From positions 95-64,094 of the forward strand of contig DASYTT010000121.1 of assembly GCA_036002045.1 (NCBI GenBank): a stretch of 64,000 nucleotides of DNA. The letters run 5' to 3'. Made by a program: the position numbers and the translations under genes. Below, piece by piece: positions 16,458 to 24,833 of this stretch; positions within the stretch are counted from its first letter, which is position 1; every line of letters starts with the position of its first letter. The notes below the pieces were generated by a model, which searched no databases, had not been told where the DNA came from, and saw only the letters and a list, made by a program, of their open reading frames with translations. The DNA comes from Gemmatimonadales bacterium (GTDB taxonomy: Bacteria > Gemmatimonadota > Gemmatimonadetes > Gemmatimonadales > GWC2-71-9).

Positions 16458-16916
16458 CTAGCCGCCCTCCGTCGCGGCCTGCACCGCCTGACGGAAATCC
16501 AGCGGAGCCTGAATCCCATTAAAGGGTTCCTGGGTTCCGCCACTGCCGGTGAGCACGATCGCACCAAATCCGAACAAACGACCAGCAAGACTCTGGGTGA
16601 CAGCGATGCCCTCGATTTTGGGTAACAGGAGCTCTACCGATCGCGTGTTGAGGACGCCGAGCTTCAGGATGACACGCTTGTTGGTCACGGCGAACTCGGA
16701 AGTCCGCCGCCGGATGAAGGCTGCAAGCAGCACGGCGAGGGCCGCAACCGCCGGAATCAGCGCCAGGATCTCATGCTCCGACGCGAAGGCCAGGATGGCC
16801 AGGGGCAGCAATACCAGCAACACGAGGGCGAACGGTCCCAGGTACAGTTTCCAATGCAGCCGGGTCCGATAGGTGACCTCTTCGCCCGGCAACAAGTGCC
16901 TGGTGACGTAACTCAT
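16458..16916 (-). CDS. Bacterial PH domain (bPH_2/YdbS-like) membrane protein
   Basis: C-terminal 152 aa of track ORF 16458..17177, starting at ATG 16916. LLPGEEVTYRTRLHW, two TM helices, then EFAVTNKRVILKLGVLNTRSVELLLPKIEGIAVTQSLAGRLFGFG. Confidence 0.75.
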   Translation of the reverse strand: MSYVTRHLLPGEEVTYRTRLHWKLYLGPFALVLLVLLPLAILAFASEHEILALIPAVAALAVLLAAFIRRRTSEFAVTNKRVILKLGVLNTRSVELLLPKIEGIAVTQSLAGRLFGFGAIVLTGSGGTQEPFNGIQAPLDFRQAVQAATEGG

Positions 16917-16932
16917 GCGCTGCGATCCTTCC

Positions 16933-17730
16933 TCAGGCCGAGCCCCGCCGATAGGGCGCGAGGAGCACCGCCCAGCTCCGCCGAAGCCGCTGGTATTCTC
17001 CCGGACAGCGTGCCGCCCGGTGTTCGGGGAGCCAGCCTTCCTTGAGCACCTCGGGATAGCGGTCAGGGTCTCTGCCGTAAATCCAGCAGATGATGTTGTA
17101 CACTCGCTGCTTGTCGAGGCCATGGTCGTCGGCCAAAGCCAGATCGTCGAGCTGACTCGAGCGCGCATTGGCGGCAAACCAGCCGACCGCGCCGAATGCC
17201 AGGGAGTCGCCGATCGCCCCCTGATTCAATAACAGCACGGTGGCGAGCTGGTCCACCGCGTCTTCCTCTCTCCCCGTCGTCGGCAGCTCGAGCACGTCGA
17301 TCAGTCCATGCCCCAGCTCGTGCATGAGCGCGAAGACCAGCGTGCCGGTCACCAGGTAATCTCCCTCGATTTCAGTCGCGAACCGCTCGGAGAGCGCCCG
17401 GAAGAGCTCGTAGCAGAGGGTAACCTTCCGCTCCCCCGGCTGATAGGAAGCGTTCGGCTCGTTGCAGTGGGCCGTGGCGAGCGTCATGTCCTTGGGAATC
17501 CGCAGCGAATCGTTGAGCCGGGCCGCGAGCGTATCCAGGAAGCGGTTGGCGATCAGCCCGGCCCGGAAATCTTCGAATTCAGGCGTCGGGGGTCCGTACT
17601 CCGCGATGAAGTGGCCCTCCGGGGGGGGAGCGCCTTCGCGGGCGGGGGGTTCCTGCGGCTCCCGGCCGCAGCCGGCCAGAACCAGGAGCGCCGGGATCGC
17701 AATACCGCGGAGAGGGCAGAGGCGCGACAC
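16933..17730 (-). CDS. Putative metallopeptidase lipoprotein (DUF4344-like, HExxH)
   Basis: Track ORF. Lipobox LVLAGC. NASYQPGERKVTLCYEL...LVFALMHELGHGLID...GREEDAVDQLA. Confidence 0.7.
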   Translation of the reverse strand: MSRLCPLRGIAIPALLVLAGCGREPQEPPAREGAPPPEGHFIAEYGPPTPEFEDFRAGLIANRFLDTLAARLNDSLRIPKDMTLATAHCNEPNASYQPGERKVTLCYELFRALSERFATEIEGDYLVTGTLVFALMHELGHGLIDVLELPTTGREEDAVDQLATVLLLNQGAIGDSLAFGAVGWFAANARSSQLDDLALADDHGLDKQRVYNIICWIYGRDPDRYPEVLKEGWLPEHRAARCPGEYQRLRRSWAVLLAPYRRGSA

Positions 17731-17731
17731 G

Positions 17732-18043
17732 TCAGGAAATCGGGTGCCCGCCGGCGATCCAGCCGATCAGCAATCCTCCGACCGCTCCGATACCGAGAAT
17801 CGGCGCGTAGGCGCGGGTGACGATTGCCGCCGGGGCGCTCAGCAGCAGCGAAATGGCCAAGCCGGAGAGCCAGCCCGGGAGGCCCAAGTCGGCGACGGCG
17901 ATCAGCAGACCGATGCCGAACCGGTTGAGGAAGGCGGCAGTAAGCGCCGCGCGTTTGTCGGGGAACGACATCGGCAGCATCAACGCGACCGCCACCGCGC
18001 CGAAAACCGCACCGCACAGCACGCCCAAGGCAACCTGGCTCAT
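17732..18043 (-). CDS. Hypothetical membrane protein
   Basis: Track ORF. Gly/Ala-rich with 3-4 TM helices. Confidence 0.5.
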   Translation of the reverse strand: MSQVALGVLCGAVFGAVAVALMLPMSFPDKRAALTAAFLNRFGIGLLIAVADLGLPGWLSGLAISLLLSAPAAIVTRAYAPILGIGAVGGLLIGWIAGGHPIS

Positions 18044-18059
18044 CGGTACCCTCCTGAGG

Positions 18060-18827
18060 TCATTCGTAAAGCTCCTCGGGATCTACGGCGGCGAGCTCTG
18101 TCAAAAACGCGGCCAGTTTATTCACGACTCCGTGCAGGAAACGTGCTCCCTTCTCCGCGGTCGCCTGGTGCGGATCGCCGACGCCGGTATCCGTGGTCAG
18201 CTTGGACCAGCGCCGGGGCGCCCAGGCTAGACCCTCCCGTAAGCCGCGAACACGGAAGCGCCGTGCCTGGCCAGAGCCAGCTTCCGCAAGCGGACGCACC
18301 AGCTCCCCGGCAATCGAGAGCATTGCGCTCGTCTCCAGCTCGCCCGCGTGATCGCCCGGCTCCGCGAAGAAGGGGCGCGGGTCCAATGCGGTATACCAGT
18401 TCACCGTGCAGATGAAGAGCGAGCGCAGCGGCACGAGCTCGCGGATCATCGCGCGGAAATCATTCCCGCCGTGCCCGTTCAGCAAGACCAGCCGCCGGAT
18501 TCCCGCCCGTTCGATGCTTTCCGCAAGGTCTCCGAGCACCGCCGCCTGGGTACTCGGGTTCAGGTTGAGGCAAAGCGGAATGTCGAGCTGACCAGTGTTT
18601 ACGCCGAAGGGCACGGTGGGAAGCACGATGACGCGGGTTCCCTGCTCCCACGCAATCCGCGCGGACTCTGCGGCGATATGGCTTACCTCGATCGAGTCCG
18701 TGCCATAGGGGAGATGCAGGTTGTGGGCTTCGGTCGCGCCCCAGGGTAAGACCGCGACAGCGTACTCGCTGCCCTGCACACTCTTCCAGGTCGTCTCGGC
18801 GAGCAGATACGGCCGGGAGTCGCTCAT
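18060..18827 (-). CDS. Creatininase family protein
   Basis: C-terminal 255 aa of track ORF 18060..19268, starting at ATG 18827 (MSDSRPYLLAE). VLPWGATEAHNLHLPYGTD, LLNGHGGN and GDHAGELETS are present. Confidence 0.85.
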   Translation of the reverse strand: MSDSRPYLLAETTWKSVQGSEYAVAVLPWGATEAHNLHLPYGTDSIEVSHIAAESARIAWEQGTRVIVLPTVPFGVNTGQLDIPLCLNLNPSTQAAVLGDLAESIERAGIRRLVLLNGHGGNDFRAMIRELVPLRSLFICTVNWYTALDPRPFFAEPGDHAGELETSAMLSIAGELVRPLAEAGSGQARRFRVRGLREGLAWAPRRWSKLTTDTGVGDPHQATAEKGARFLHGVVNKLAAFLTELAAVDPEELYE

Positions 18828-18976
18828 CCCCGCCGCTTGAAGAATTGGATCGCCCGTTCGTGCTTGACGGCGGCGGTGCGGGAACTGAAGGTGCCCAGAT
18901 TGCGGCGTTTCCCGGTTTTCGGATTGGGCTTCCGAGAATACAGGCGGTACTGCCCGGACTTGAGCTTGCGAATCAT
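18824..18976 (-). CDS. Small conserved hypothetical protein (50 aa)
   Basis: Not in the track (<60 aa). My translation is MIRKLKSGQYRLYSRKPNPKTGKRRNLGTFSSRTAAVKHERAIQFFKRRG. The ATG directly abuts the upstream stop (18977-18979). The TGA overlaps the creatininase ATG (ATGA at 18824-18827). I recall this sequence type as a widespread small-protein family. Confidence 0.55.
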   Translation of the reverse strand: MIRKLKSGQYRLYSRKPNPKTGKRRNLGTFSSRTAAVKHERAIQFFKRRG

Positions 18977-19495
18977 CTAGCCTACCTCCGCCCCTCCTGG
19001 GGCCCGGATGAAGGTGAGCTCGAGAGTTTCCCCCGGCCGAAGCCCCGCCCATTGGGCGAAAAGCTCCCCGCGACGCTCGCGGACCCGCTCGAGCTCGGCG
19101 TCGGTGACGGCGCAGGCACCCGAAAGGCCATGCTCGGCGAAGTAGCTCGCCGCGCTCGCGTTGAAATCCGCGGCACTCCATTGGGTTCCGGCTGCACGCT
19201 CTCGGTCGAGGAAGCCGACGAGCAGTTCGGAAGCGGCTGCCTCGCCCGGCACCGGCCCTCGTGGCCACGGCCGCCCGAAGTCCGTGAGGTTCCAGCCTTC
19301 GGCCACCAGCCCATAGAACCCGCGGGAGTGGCCCAGTACCGTCTCGACGGCGTAGTGGGTGAGATCATGGAGGGGGAAGAAGCGGCCCTGCGCACCGTCC
19401 TGACGCTGCCAGGTGACCGTGCCGTCCGCTCGCAGGCAAGAAAGCGCCGCGGAACCATCACTCTTTTTCTTGATGCGAATGACCAGCCGATCCAT
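18977..19495 (-). CDS. Hypothetical protein
   Basis: Track ORF (MDRLVIRIKKKSDGSAALSCLRADG...). No family recognised. Good GC3 bias and operon context. Confidence 0.55.
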   Translation of the reverse strand: MDRLVIRIKKKSDGSAALSCLRADGTVTWQRQDGAQGRFFPLHDLTHYAVETVLGHSRGFYGLVAEGWNLTDFGRPWPRGPVPGEAAASELLVGFLDRERAAGTQWSAADFNASAASYFAEHGLSGACAVTDAELERVRERRGELFAQWAGLRPGETLELTFIRAPGGAEVG

Positions 19496-19515
19496 GGCAG
19501 AGCAAGCTAATGGCC

Positions 19516-19758
19516 CTAGCCGCGATCGTCATCCGCCGCATAGGCGAAGCGGACCACCATCGGCGCGGCGCGCAGGAGGTAGATCCCGCCGAACAGGTAG
19601 ACGGCGCTCATCAGCCAGCCTCCCGGGAATCCGAAATAGTTGATGCCGTCGGTCAGCGCGGTTCCAATGAGCCCGCCGAGCAAACCGCCGATTCCGCGGA
19701 GCAGCAGCAGCAGTCCTGCTGCCCGAACGATGACGCCGAACAGCGCCTTGGCCGACAT
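19516..19758 (-). CDS. Small hypothetical membrane protein
   Basis: Track ORF with two Gly-rich TM helices. Confidence 0.4.
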   Translation of the reverse strand: MSAKALFGVIVRAAGLLLLLRGIGGLLGGLIGTALTDGINYFGFPGGWLMSAVYLFGGIYLLRAAPMVVRFAYAADDDRG

Positions 19759-19811
19759 GGCTTGCTCCAGTCTCGGGAGGGGTCCTTCCTCGCAGCCGTT
19801 TCAGGGAACTG

Positions 19812-20243
19812 TTACTGAGCTCCAGTGAGCGTCGCCCGTAAGCGCACCGGAACCGCGCGCAACGCCTGGCACATCACACAGCCGGTCTTGGCCTGCTCGA
19901 CCAGGCTCTGGAATTCCTGGTTCGACAGGGCGGGCACCTCGGCCCGGGTGTCGAGGTCGATGCTGGTGATCGCGAAGCCCGCGCCAGCCTTGTCGAGATG
20001 CACCGTGGCTTTGGTCTCGAGCGAGGTAGGTGGATGGCCGGCCTGGGCCAGGCCGTGGGCCAGCGCCATGGAAAAGCACCCGGCGTGAGCGGCACCAAGC
20101 AGCTCCTCCGGGTTGGTGCCCGGCGCGCCTTCGAACCGGGTGCTGAACGAATACTTCCCTTCGAATGCCCCGCTTCCCAGCCGCAAAGTGCCCTGCCCAT
20201 CGCGCAGCGCGCCTTGCCACCGTGCTTCTGCCGTGCGTTCCAT
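19812..20243 (-). CDS. osmC: OsmC family peroxiredoxin
   Basis: Track ORF. NPEELLGAAHAGCFSMAL and KTGCVMCQAL are the two conserved OsmC Cys motifs. Confidence 0.9.
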   Translation of the reverse strand: MERTAEARWQGALRDGQGTLRLGSGAFEGKYSFSTRFEGAPGTNPEELLGAAHAGCFSMALAHGLAQAGHPPTSLETKATVHLDKAGAGFAITSIDLDTRAEVPALSNQEFQSLVEQAKTGCVMCQALRAVPVRLRATLTGAQ

Positions 20244-20267
20244 CGCGAGTCCTCCTTCCTTCGAGAC

Positions 20268-20483
20268 CTAGCCTCGACGCCGCGTGCCGTTCACCAGCAG
20301 AACGACGCCGCCCACGAGCGCAACGGCGCCTACCCAAGTCGGAATCCTGCGGCGGGCTTCAACCGAGGCCTTGAGGTCGCCGACCCTGAGGACGGCCTCA
20401 TCCGATTTGTAGCTCAAGCCACGGAACAGGATTACGGCGCCGATCAACGCGATCACGAGACCTGCGAGGGCGGCGGGCTTCAT
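20268..20483 (-). CDS. Small hypothetical 2-TM membrane protein
   Basis: Track ORF. 4-nt overlap with the upstream gene. Confidence 0.45.
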   Translation of the reverse strand: MKPAALAGLVIALIGAVILFRGLSYKSDEAVLRVGDLKASVEARRRIPTWVGAVALVGGVVLLVNGTRRRG

Positions 20484-20707
20484 GGGGTACCTCCGGAGGT
20501 CCCGGACAGTGCAATCTCGCCATCGATGTGCACGTGATCGAGTACGCCCGGGATGCTGAGGGTGGCGTGCACCGGCAGCACTTCCTGCCCCGACAGCGTG
20601 CCCGATTCGAGCGCGGCTTCCACCGCCTTCTCGATTTCTCGCTGCGAGGTGATACCGAAGCGCTTGAGGAATTTCCGCAGTTCGAGGTTGAACACTTCTT
20701 CGTCCAT
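20480..20707 (-). CDS. Small hypothetical protein (DUF6494-like)
   Basis: C-terminal 75 aa of track ORF 20480..21184, starting at ATG 20707: MDEEVFNLELRKFLKRFGITSQREIEKAVEAALESG. Confidence 0.5.
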   Translation of the reverse strand: MDEEVFNLELRKFLKRFGITSQREIEKAVEAALESGTLSGQEVLPVHATLSIPGVLDHVHIDGEIALSGTSGGTP

Positions 20708-20715
20708 GGCCCCTC

Positions 20716-21309
20716 CTACTTCAGGTATTTCCAGTTGCGCGACTTCCCCTCCTCCATCCACTTGATCGCGCTGTCCAGCCGGCGTTGCCGAGTCGCGTCG
20801 CTTTTGGCCTCGCTGATCCACTCGATGTATTCGCCCTGATGACTCGGGCTGAACTCCTCGAAGGTGGTCCGCGCACGCGCGTTGCGTCGCAGCCCGCGCT
20901 TGAGCTCCGGCGGCACGACCACCGCTCCCTTGGGCTTGGGCGCTGCTCGCTTCAGCTTCACCCCTGCTTCGTTGAGCTGCATCGCTTTCTTGAGGTAGCG
21001 GAGCAGGACTTGCCTGGGAGGGAGATCGGACAGCCGGGTGATCCGCCCGAATTGACCCATCGCTTCTTCTGCGTGGTCCGCGGGCACGACGAGCGCACCC
21101 TTCCAGAATCCGAAGGTACAGTGCCGCTTGAAGGCCGCCATGCCGCACAGCATGCCGTGATACAGGAAATGCGGATGGCTCCACTTCCAGGCTTCTTCCA
21201 TAGCGGGACAGGCCTCGTGCACTGTTTCCCGCAACTGGCTCAGAATCGGCTTCGCGAAAGGAGCCGACTTTGCGATGTAAGCGTCGATTCGTGCGTCACG
21301 CGTCCCCAT
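20716..21309 (-). CDS. YdeI/OmpD-associated family protein (DUF1801 N-domain)
   Basis: Track ORF trimmed to ATG 21309 (MGTRDARIDAYIAKSAPFAKPIL...). C-terminus FEEFSPSHQGEYIEWISEAKSDATRQRRLDSAIKWMEEGKSRNWKY. Confidence 0.8.
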   Translation of the reverse strand: MGTRDARIDAYIAKSAPFAKPILSQLRETVHEACPAMEEAWKWSHPHFLYHGMLCGMAAFKRHCTFGFWKGALVVPADHAEEAMGQFGRITRLSDLPPRQVLLRYLKKAMQLNEAGVKLKRAAPKPKGAVVVPPELKRGLRRNARARTTFEEFSPSHQGEYIEWISEAKSDATRQRRLDSAIKWMEEGKSRNWKYLK

Positions 21310-21698
21310 CACCGTTCCTCGCGCGGTTCCAGATCCAAAGGGACGATTGAGACCAGCGAGTGTCAAGAGGTGGTCAGAAGGCGCCGAGAACGACGCCGAA
21401 GCCGAAAGCTCGTGGTGTTACCACTCCAGGGTGGCTCGGCGCGGATCCGCACCTCGGCACGACCACCCCAGCCCAAGGAAGGCTCGAGCAGCAGGGCTCG
21501 CCGGCGCGGCCGAAAGGCGAGGCTGGCCAGTCCGGCAAGTCCGCTGTCGCTCGAGGTCAGCTGGTACCGTGAGGCCCGATGAGCAGCGACGACTCCAGTC
21601 CCGGAGCGCGGCGCTGTGACTCCGCACGCCCCGGGAATGGAGCCGCGAGCAGCAAAACCGCCGCAGCACCCGCCGACTGCGGCTGGAACGGCATTGGA

Positions 21699-21974
21699 CT
21701 ATTCGACCTGGATTTCCAGCCCGCCGACCCACCCGGCGACCAGATTGTAAAACGCTGCCATGATGAGGCTCATGATGAAGCCGATACAGCCATAGAGAAG
21801 AGGGAGCAGGATGACTGCGCCGATCCCGAACGCCGCCCCGAAGGGCAACCCCGCCGCCGCGCCGCCGGTCAGGGCGAAGAGCGAAAAGATGAGCCCGATG
21901 ATGAAGCCCAGAAGCGCATACAGGGTGCCGGCCATCTTCGCGCACTGAACCGGCTCGATCCGCTTGATGAACAT
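21699..21974 (-). CDS. Small hypothetical membrane protein
   Basis: Track ORF 21699..22070 trimmed to ATG 21974 (MFIKRIEPVQCAKMAGTLYALLGFIIGLIF...). 3 TM helices. Confidence 0.5.
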   Translation of the reverse strand: MFIKRIEPVQCAKMAGTLYALLGFIIGLIFSLFALTGGAAAGLPFGAAFGIGAVILLPLLYGCIGFIMSLIMAAFYNLVAGWVGGLEIQVE

Positions 21975-22082
21975 CCGTTCCTCCCTCTCTGGAGTGGGGG
22001 AAATTCGCGACCGCGTTCGCCGCGGCCGGTCGCGCTGCACCAATGTCGGGCGCGAAAGCAACTCCCGCAAGCAGCGTCGGGT

Positions 22083-22823
22083 CTAGGCAACCCGCTCCGG
22101 TGACCACACGATTACCTCAAGTCTGCGAGAGAAATGCAGCAGCCTCGGAGGCCCGCTCGCAGGGATCCCGTGCAGCGCGAGCATCTCGTTGCGGTCGATG
22201 GTGGCGGCGGCGGCTTGCAGCGGCCACGGCGCATGGTGGATGTCGGCTCGGTACAGCCCACCGGATGGTCTCGGCGCGTAGAGGCAGTAGCGCTCGGTCA
22301 GCCAGTGCTCGAGGCTTCCCGGGCAGCTTGGAGTCACCGGCCCAATGGGGCCATAGCGCGCCCTGAAGCCGATGCCCGGATTCCGCTCGGAGTGGTAGAG
22401 GACCTCTTCCCCCAGGAGTTGATGCTGCATGCGAGCGTGGACGTAGGGAAGCCGATACAACCAGCGCGCACCCCAGACGCCCAGCCGGCTGCCGGCATCC
22501 AGGCTGAAGAACCAGACCCCGGAGCGACCTCCGAAGCTCACGTAGGTACGCACGTTCAGCTCGTCGAAGCGCGACAGCGCCGCCGGGCTCGGCCAGTTGC
22601 GAAACCCGATCTCCGACATCCAGAACGGCGTTACCGCTACCCACGCACTGCCCGCGAATTCATCGACCTGCAGCGCTCCGGGCAGCAACGGCCGCAAGGT
22701 CTCCGCGGGAACGGCCCAATGCAGGAAGAGCAGATCGTGCCAGGTTTGCCGCAGCAGCCAGGGCCGGGAGGGAATCGGCCAGGGACGATGCGATTGGTGT
22801 TGCAGCGAGGGGTGCGCTGCCAC
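22083..22823 (-). CDS. DUF2071 (YqjF-like) family protein
   Basis: Track ORF 22083..22910. WHDLLFLHWAVPAETLRPLLP...VAVTPFWM...ELNVRTYV...GVWFFSLDA. GTG 22823 is chosen because it avoids overlap with the msrB stop. Confidence 0.8.
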   Translation of the reverse strand: MAAHPSLQHQSHRPWPIPSRPWLLRQTWHDLLFLHWAVPAETLRPLLPGALQVDEFAGSAWVAVTPFWMSEIGFRNWPSPAALSRFDELNVRTYVSFGGRSGVWFFSLDAGSRLGVWGARWLYRLPYVHARMQHQLLGEEVLYHSERNPGIGFRARYGPIGPVTPSCPGSLEHWLTERYCLYAPRPSGGLYRADIHHAPWPLQAAAATIDRNEMLALHGIPASGPPRLLHFSRRLEVIVWSPERVA

Positions 22824-22834
22824 CGGAGCGCGCG

Positions 22835-23314
22835 CTAGTCGGCGGCCGGATCGGCCAGCGTGGCCAGCTCGGCCTGGTCGACGAATTCGAGCGACTCGGA
22901 GTTTACGCAATAACGGAGGCCGCTGGGCGCGGGACCATCGTTGAAGACGTGGCCGAGGTGGGCATCACACCGCGCACAGAGAATCTCGGTTCGTGCCATT
23001 CCGTAGCTGTGGTCTTCCTCGTTGCGAACGTTCTCAGTCGCGATCGGCTGGAAGAAGCTCGGCCACCCCGTTCCGGAGTTGAACTTTCCGCCCGAGGCGA
23101 AGAGCGGCAATCGGCAGCAGACGCAGACGTAGACGCCCTCTCGCTTGTTGTCCAGCAGGGTGCCACAAAAGGGCCGCTCCGTGTCCTTTCCGCGAGCGAT
23201 CCGGTACTGTGGCAGCGTGAGCTGTGCGCGCCACTCCGCTTCCGATTTCACGACGTGCGGGCTCTCGACCGGGCCCACCAGCTCGCCCGAGCGGTTGAAT
23301 ACCTTGACTGTCAT
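22835..23314 (-). CDS. msrB: Peptide-methionine (R)-S-oxide reductase
   Basis: Track ORF trimmed to ATG 23314 (MTVKVFNRSG...). YVCVCCRLPLFAS..KF.SGTGWPSF, CARCDAHLGHVFNDGP and RYCVNS are present. Confidence 0.9.
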   Translation of the reverse strand: MTVKVFNRSGELVGPVESPHVVKSEAEWRAQLTLPQYRIARGKDTERPFCGTLLDNKREGVYVCVCCRLPLFASGGKFNSGTGWPSFFQPIATENVRNEEDHSYGMARTEILCARCDAHLGHVFNDGPAPSGLRYCVNSESLEFVDQAELATLADPAAD

Positions 23315-23376
23315 CGGATTCCTTTGAGTCGCTCCTCTGGAAAACGTAAGGGACTGAAGCAACTGCCGCATCAGGG

Positions 23377-24309
23377 TCAGGGGATTCGCACCGTTATGCT
23401 GGCCCAGGAGCGATTGGCACCGTCTCCATACCGCAAATCGCTGATCGTGACCGCCGTAGAGCCATCCGTCTTTTTCAAGCTGAAGCTGGGAAAACGCGCC
23501 CAGCGGAGGAAGCGCCTCCCATCTCGGCTGTCTGCGGCGAGCACGGCTGTCGGCTTCCTGCGTCCCGAAGATTGCAGGACCAGCGGAGTGTAGCGGGAAG
23601 GCGACCCAAGCGTCAGACGGCCCAGTTCGTACTGGTCACCGAGCTCGCGGATCACGCGGCGTCGCAATGGATTGCCAAAGACGGGCGAGGCGAGGGTTCG
23701 CACCGCAGGACCATTCCGCGCTTGTCGCTCGACCAGGGCCGCGCCCGCGCGGGAAGCAGCCGCCATGAAGACTGCATAGCCGGCGCAAAGGGCCAGCGCC
23801 GCGAGCGCCGGACGCTCGGCATCCCGCCTCGCGCTGGACCTTCCGGCTCGTCGTCGCGCGAGCGCGATTCCCCCGCCGAGAATGACCCAGATCCAGGGAT
23901 CCACGATGAAGAGCGCATCCCCTTAGAACCAGCGCTCCGAGAATGGCATGAGCAGACGCACACCGTAGGTATTCAGCAGGTCCAGCAGCGGGTGCGAGAT
24001 CACCCCGATCGCTGCGAGCAGCAGCAGCCAGCCGCCACGGACCCGCGCGCCTGCTCCCCCGCCGAGCCGACTCCAGCCGAGCATTCCCGCCGTGAGCAGC
24101 GGCGGGAGCAGCACCATCGCCAGCACGCCGTGGGTCCAGCCGCGCCGGAACGCGAGCCCGTCGGTGGCGCTGCCGAACAGGTAGCTCAGTCCATCGAGGT
24201 CCGGGAGGTTCGCCGCGAGGACCAGTGTGGCTGTCCCGAGCCGGGTGGTGTGCTTGAGTCCCGACTCAGCGAGCGCGAACCCGGCCAGCGTGTGGGTGAG
24301 ATTATCCAT
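23377..24309 (-). pseudogene. YdjM-like membrane-bound metal-dependent hydrolase (DUF457) interrupted by an in-frame TAA
   Basis: Track ORFs 23923..24309 (MDNLTHTLAG...LLMPFSERWF) and 23377..23904 (..DPWIWVILGG..) are in the same frame. They are joined by TAA (23923-23925) plus GDALFIV. Homologues read ...WFYGD..., so this looks like TAY to TAA. Confidence 0.7.
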
Positions 24310-24335
24310 GGAAGCATGGCCAGGCTACCGCGGTG

Positions 24336-24791
24336 TCAACCGCAAGGAAAGAGCGTCCCGCTGGGATATGGCGAAGCCGATGCATCCGATGGTGGAATGA
24401 GCGCCGCGATCCTGCCTGCGTCGTAGCTCTGATGACTCAATTGCAGAAAGGAGAGATCCTGACGGATCGAATAGAGGTAGACGTGAAACTGGGCGCCCGA
24501 ATCATTCATCTGGCTGTTGGCGGCATCGCGCAGCCACTTGAGCGAGTCGTACGAAGGGGCCATCGGATACGTCCCAGAGCTCCGCACCACGACGAGCACG
24601 AGATCGGCATCCCGCACGAGCGTGGTATCCGTCCAACGGCACACCCGCAGCATGCGTCGCGCCTCGAGCTGGGTAGAGACGCTGGGCGCGACGACGAAAG
24701 CAATAGGCGCCTGGGCCAGTGCGGCACTGTGACTGCTCCCCAGCCCGACCGTCCCGAACAATGCCGTGAAGAGGAGACTCCGGAATTGCAT
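24336..24791 (-). CDS. Hypothetical secreted protein
   Basis: Track ORF. Signal MQFRSLLFTALFGTVGLGSSHSAALA. Confidence 0.5.
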   Translation of the reverse strand: MQFRSLLFTALFGTVGLGSSHSAALAQAPIAFVVAPSVSTQLEARRMLRVCRWTDTTLVRDADLVLVVVRSSGTYPMAPSYDSLKWLRDAANSQMNDSGAQFHVYLYSIRQDLSFLQLSHQSYDAGRIAALIPPSDASASPYPSGTLFPCG

Positions 24792-24833
24792 GGCAGAAAA
24801 ATATGTCGGACGAGGACGTTGGTCATGGGGCCG

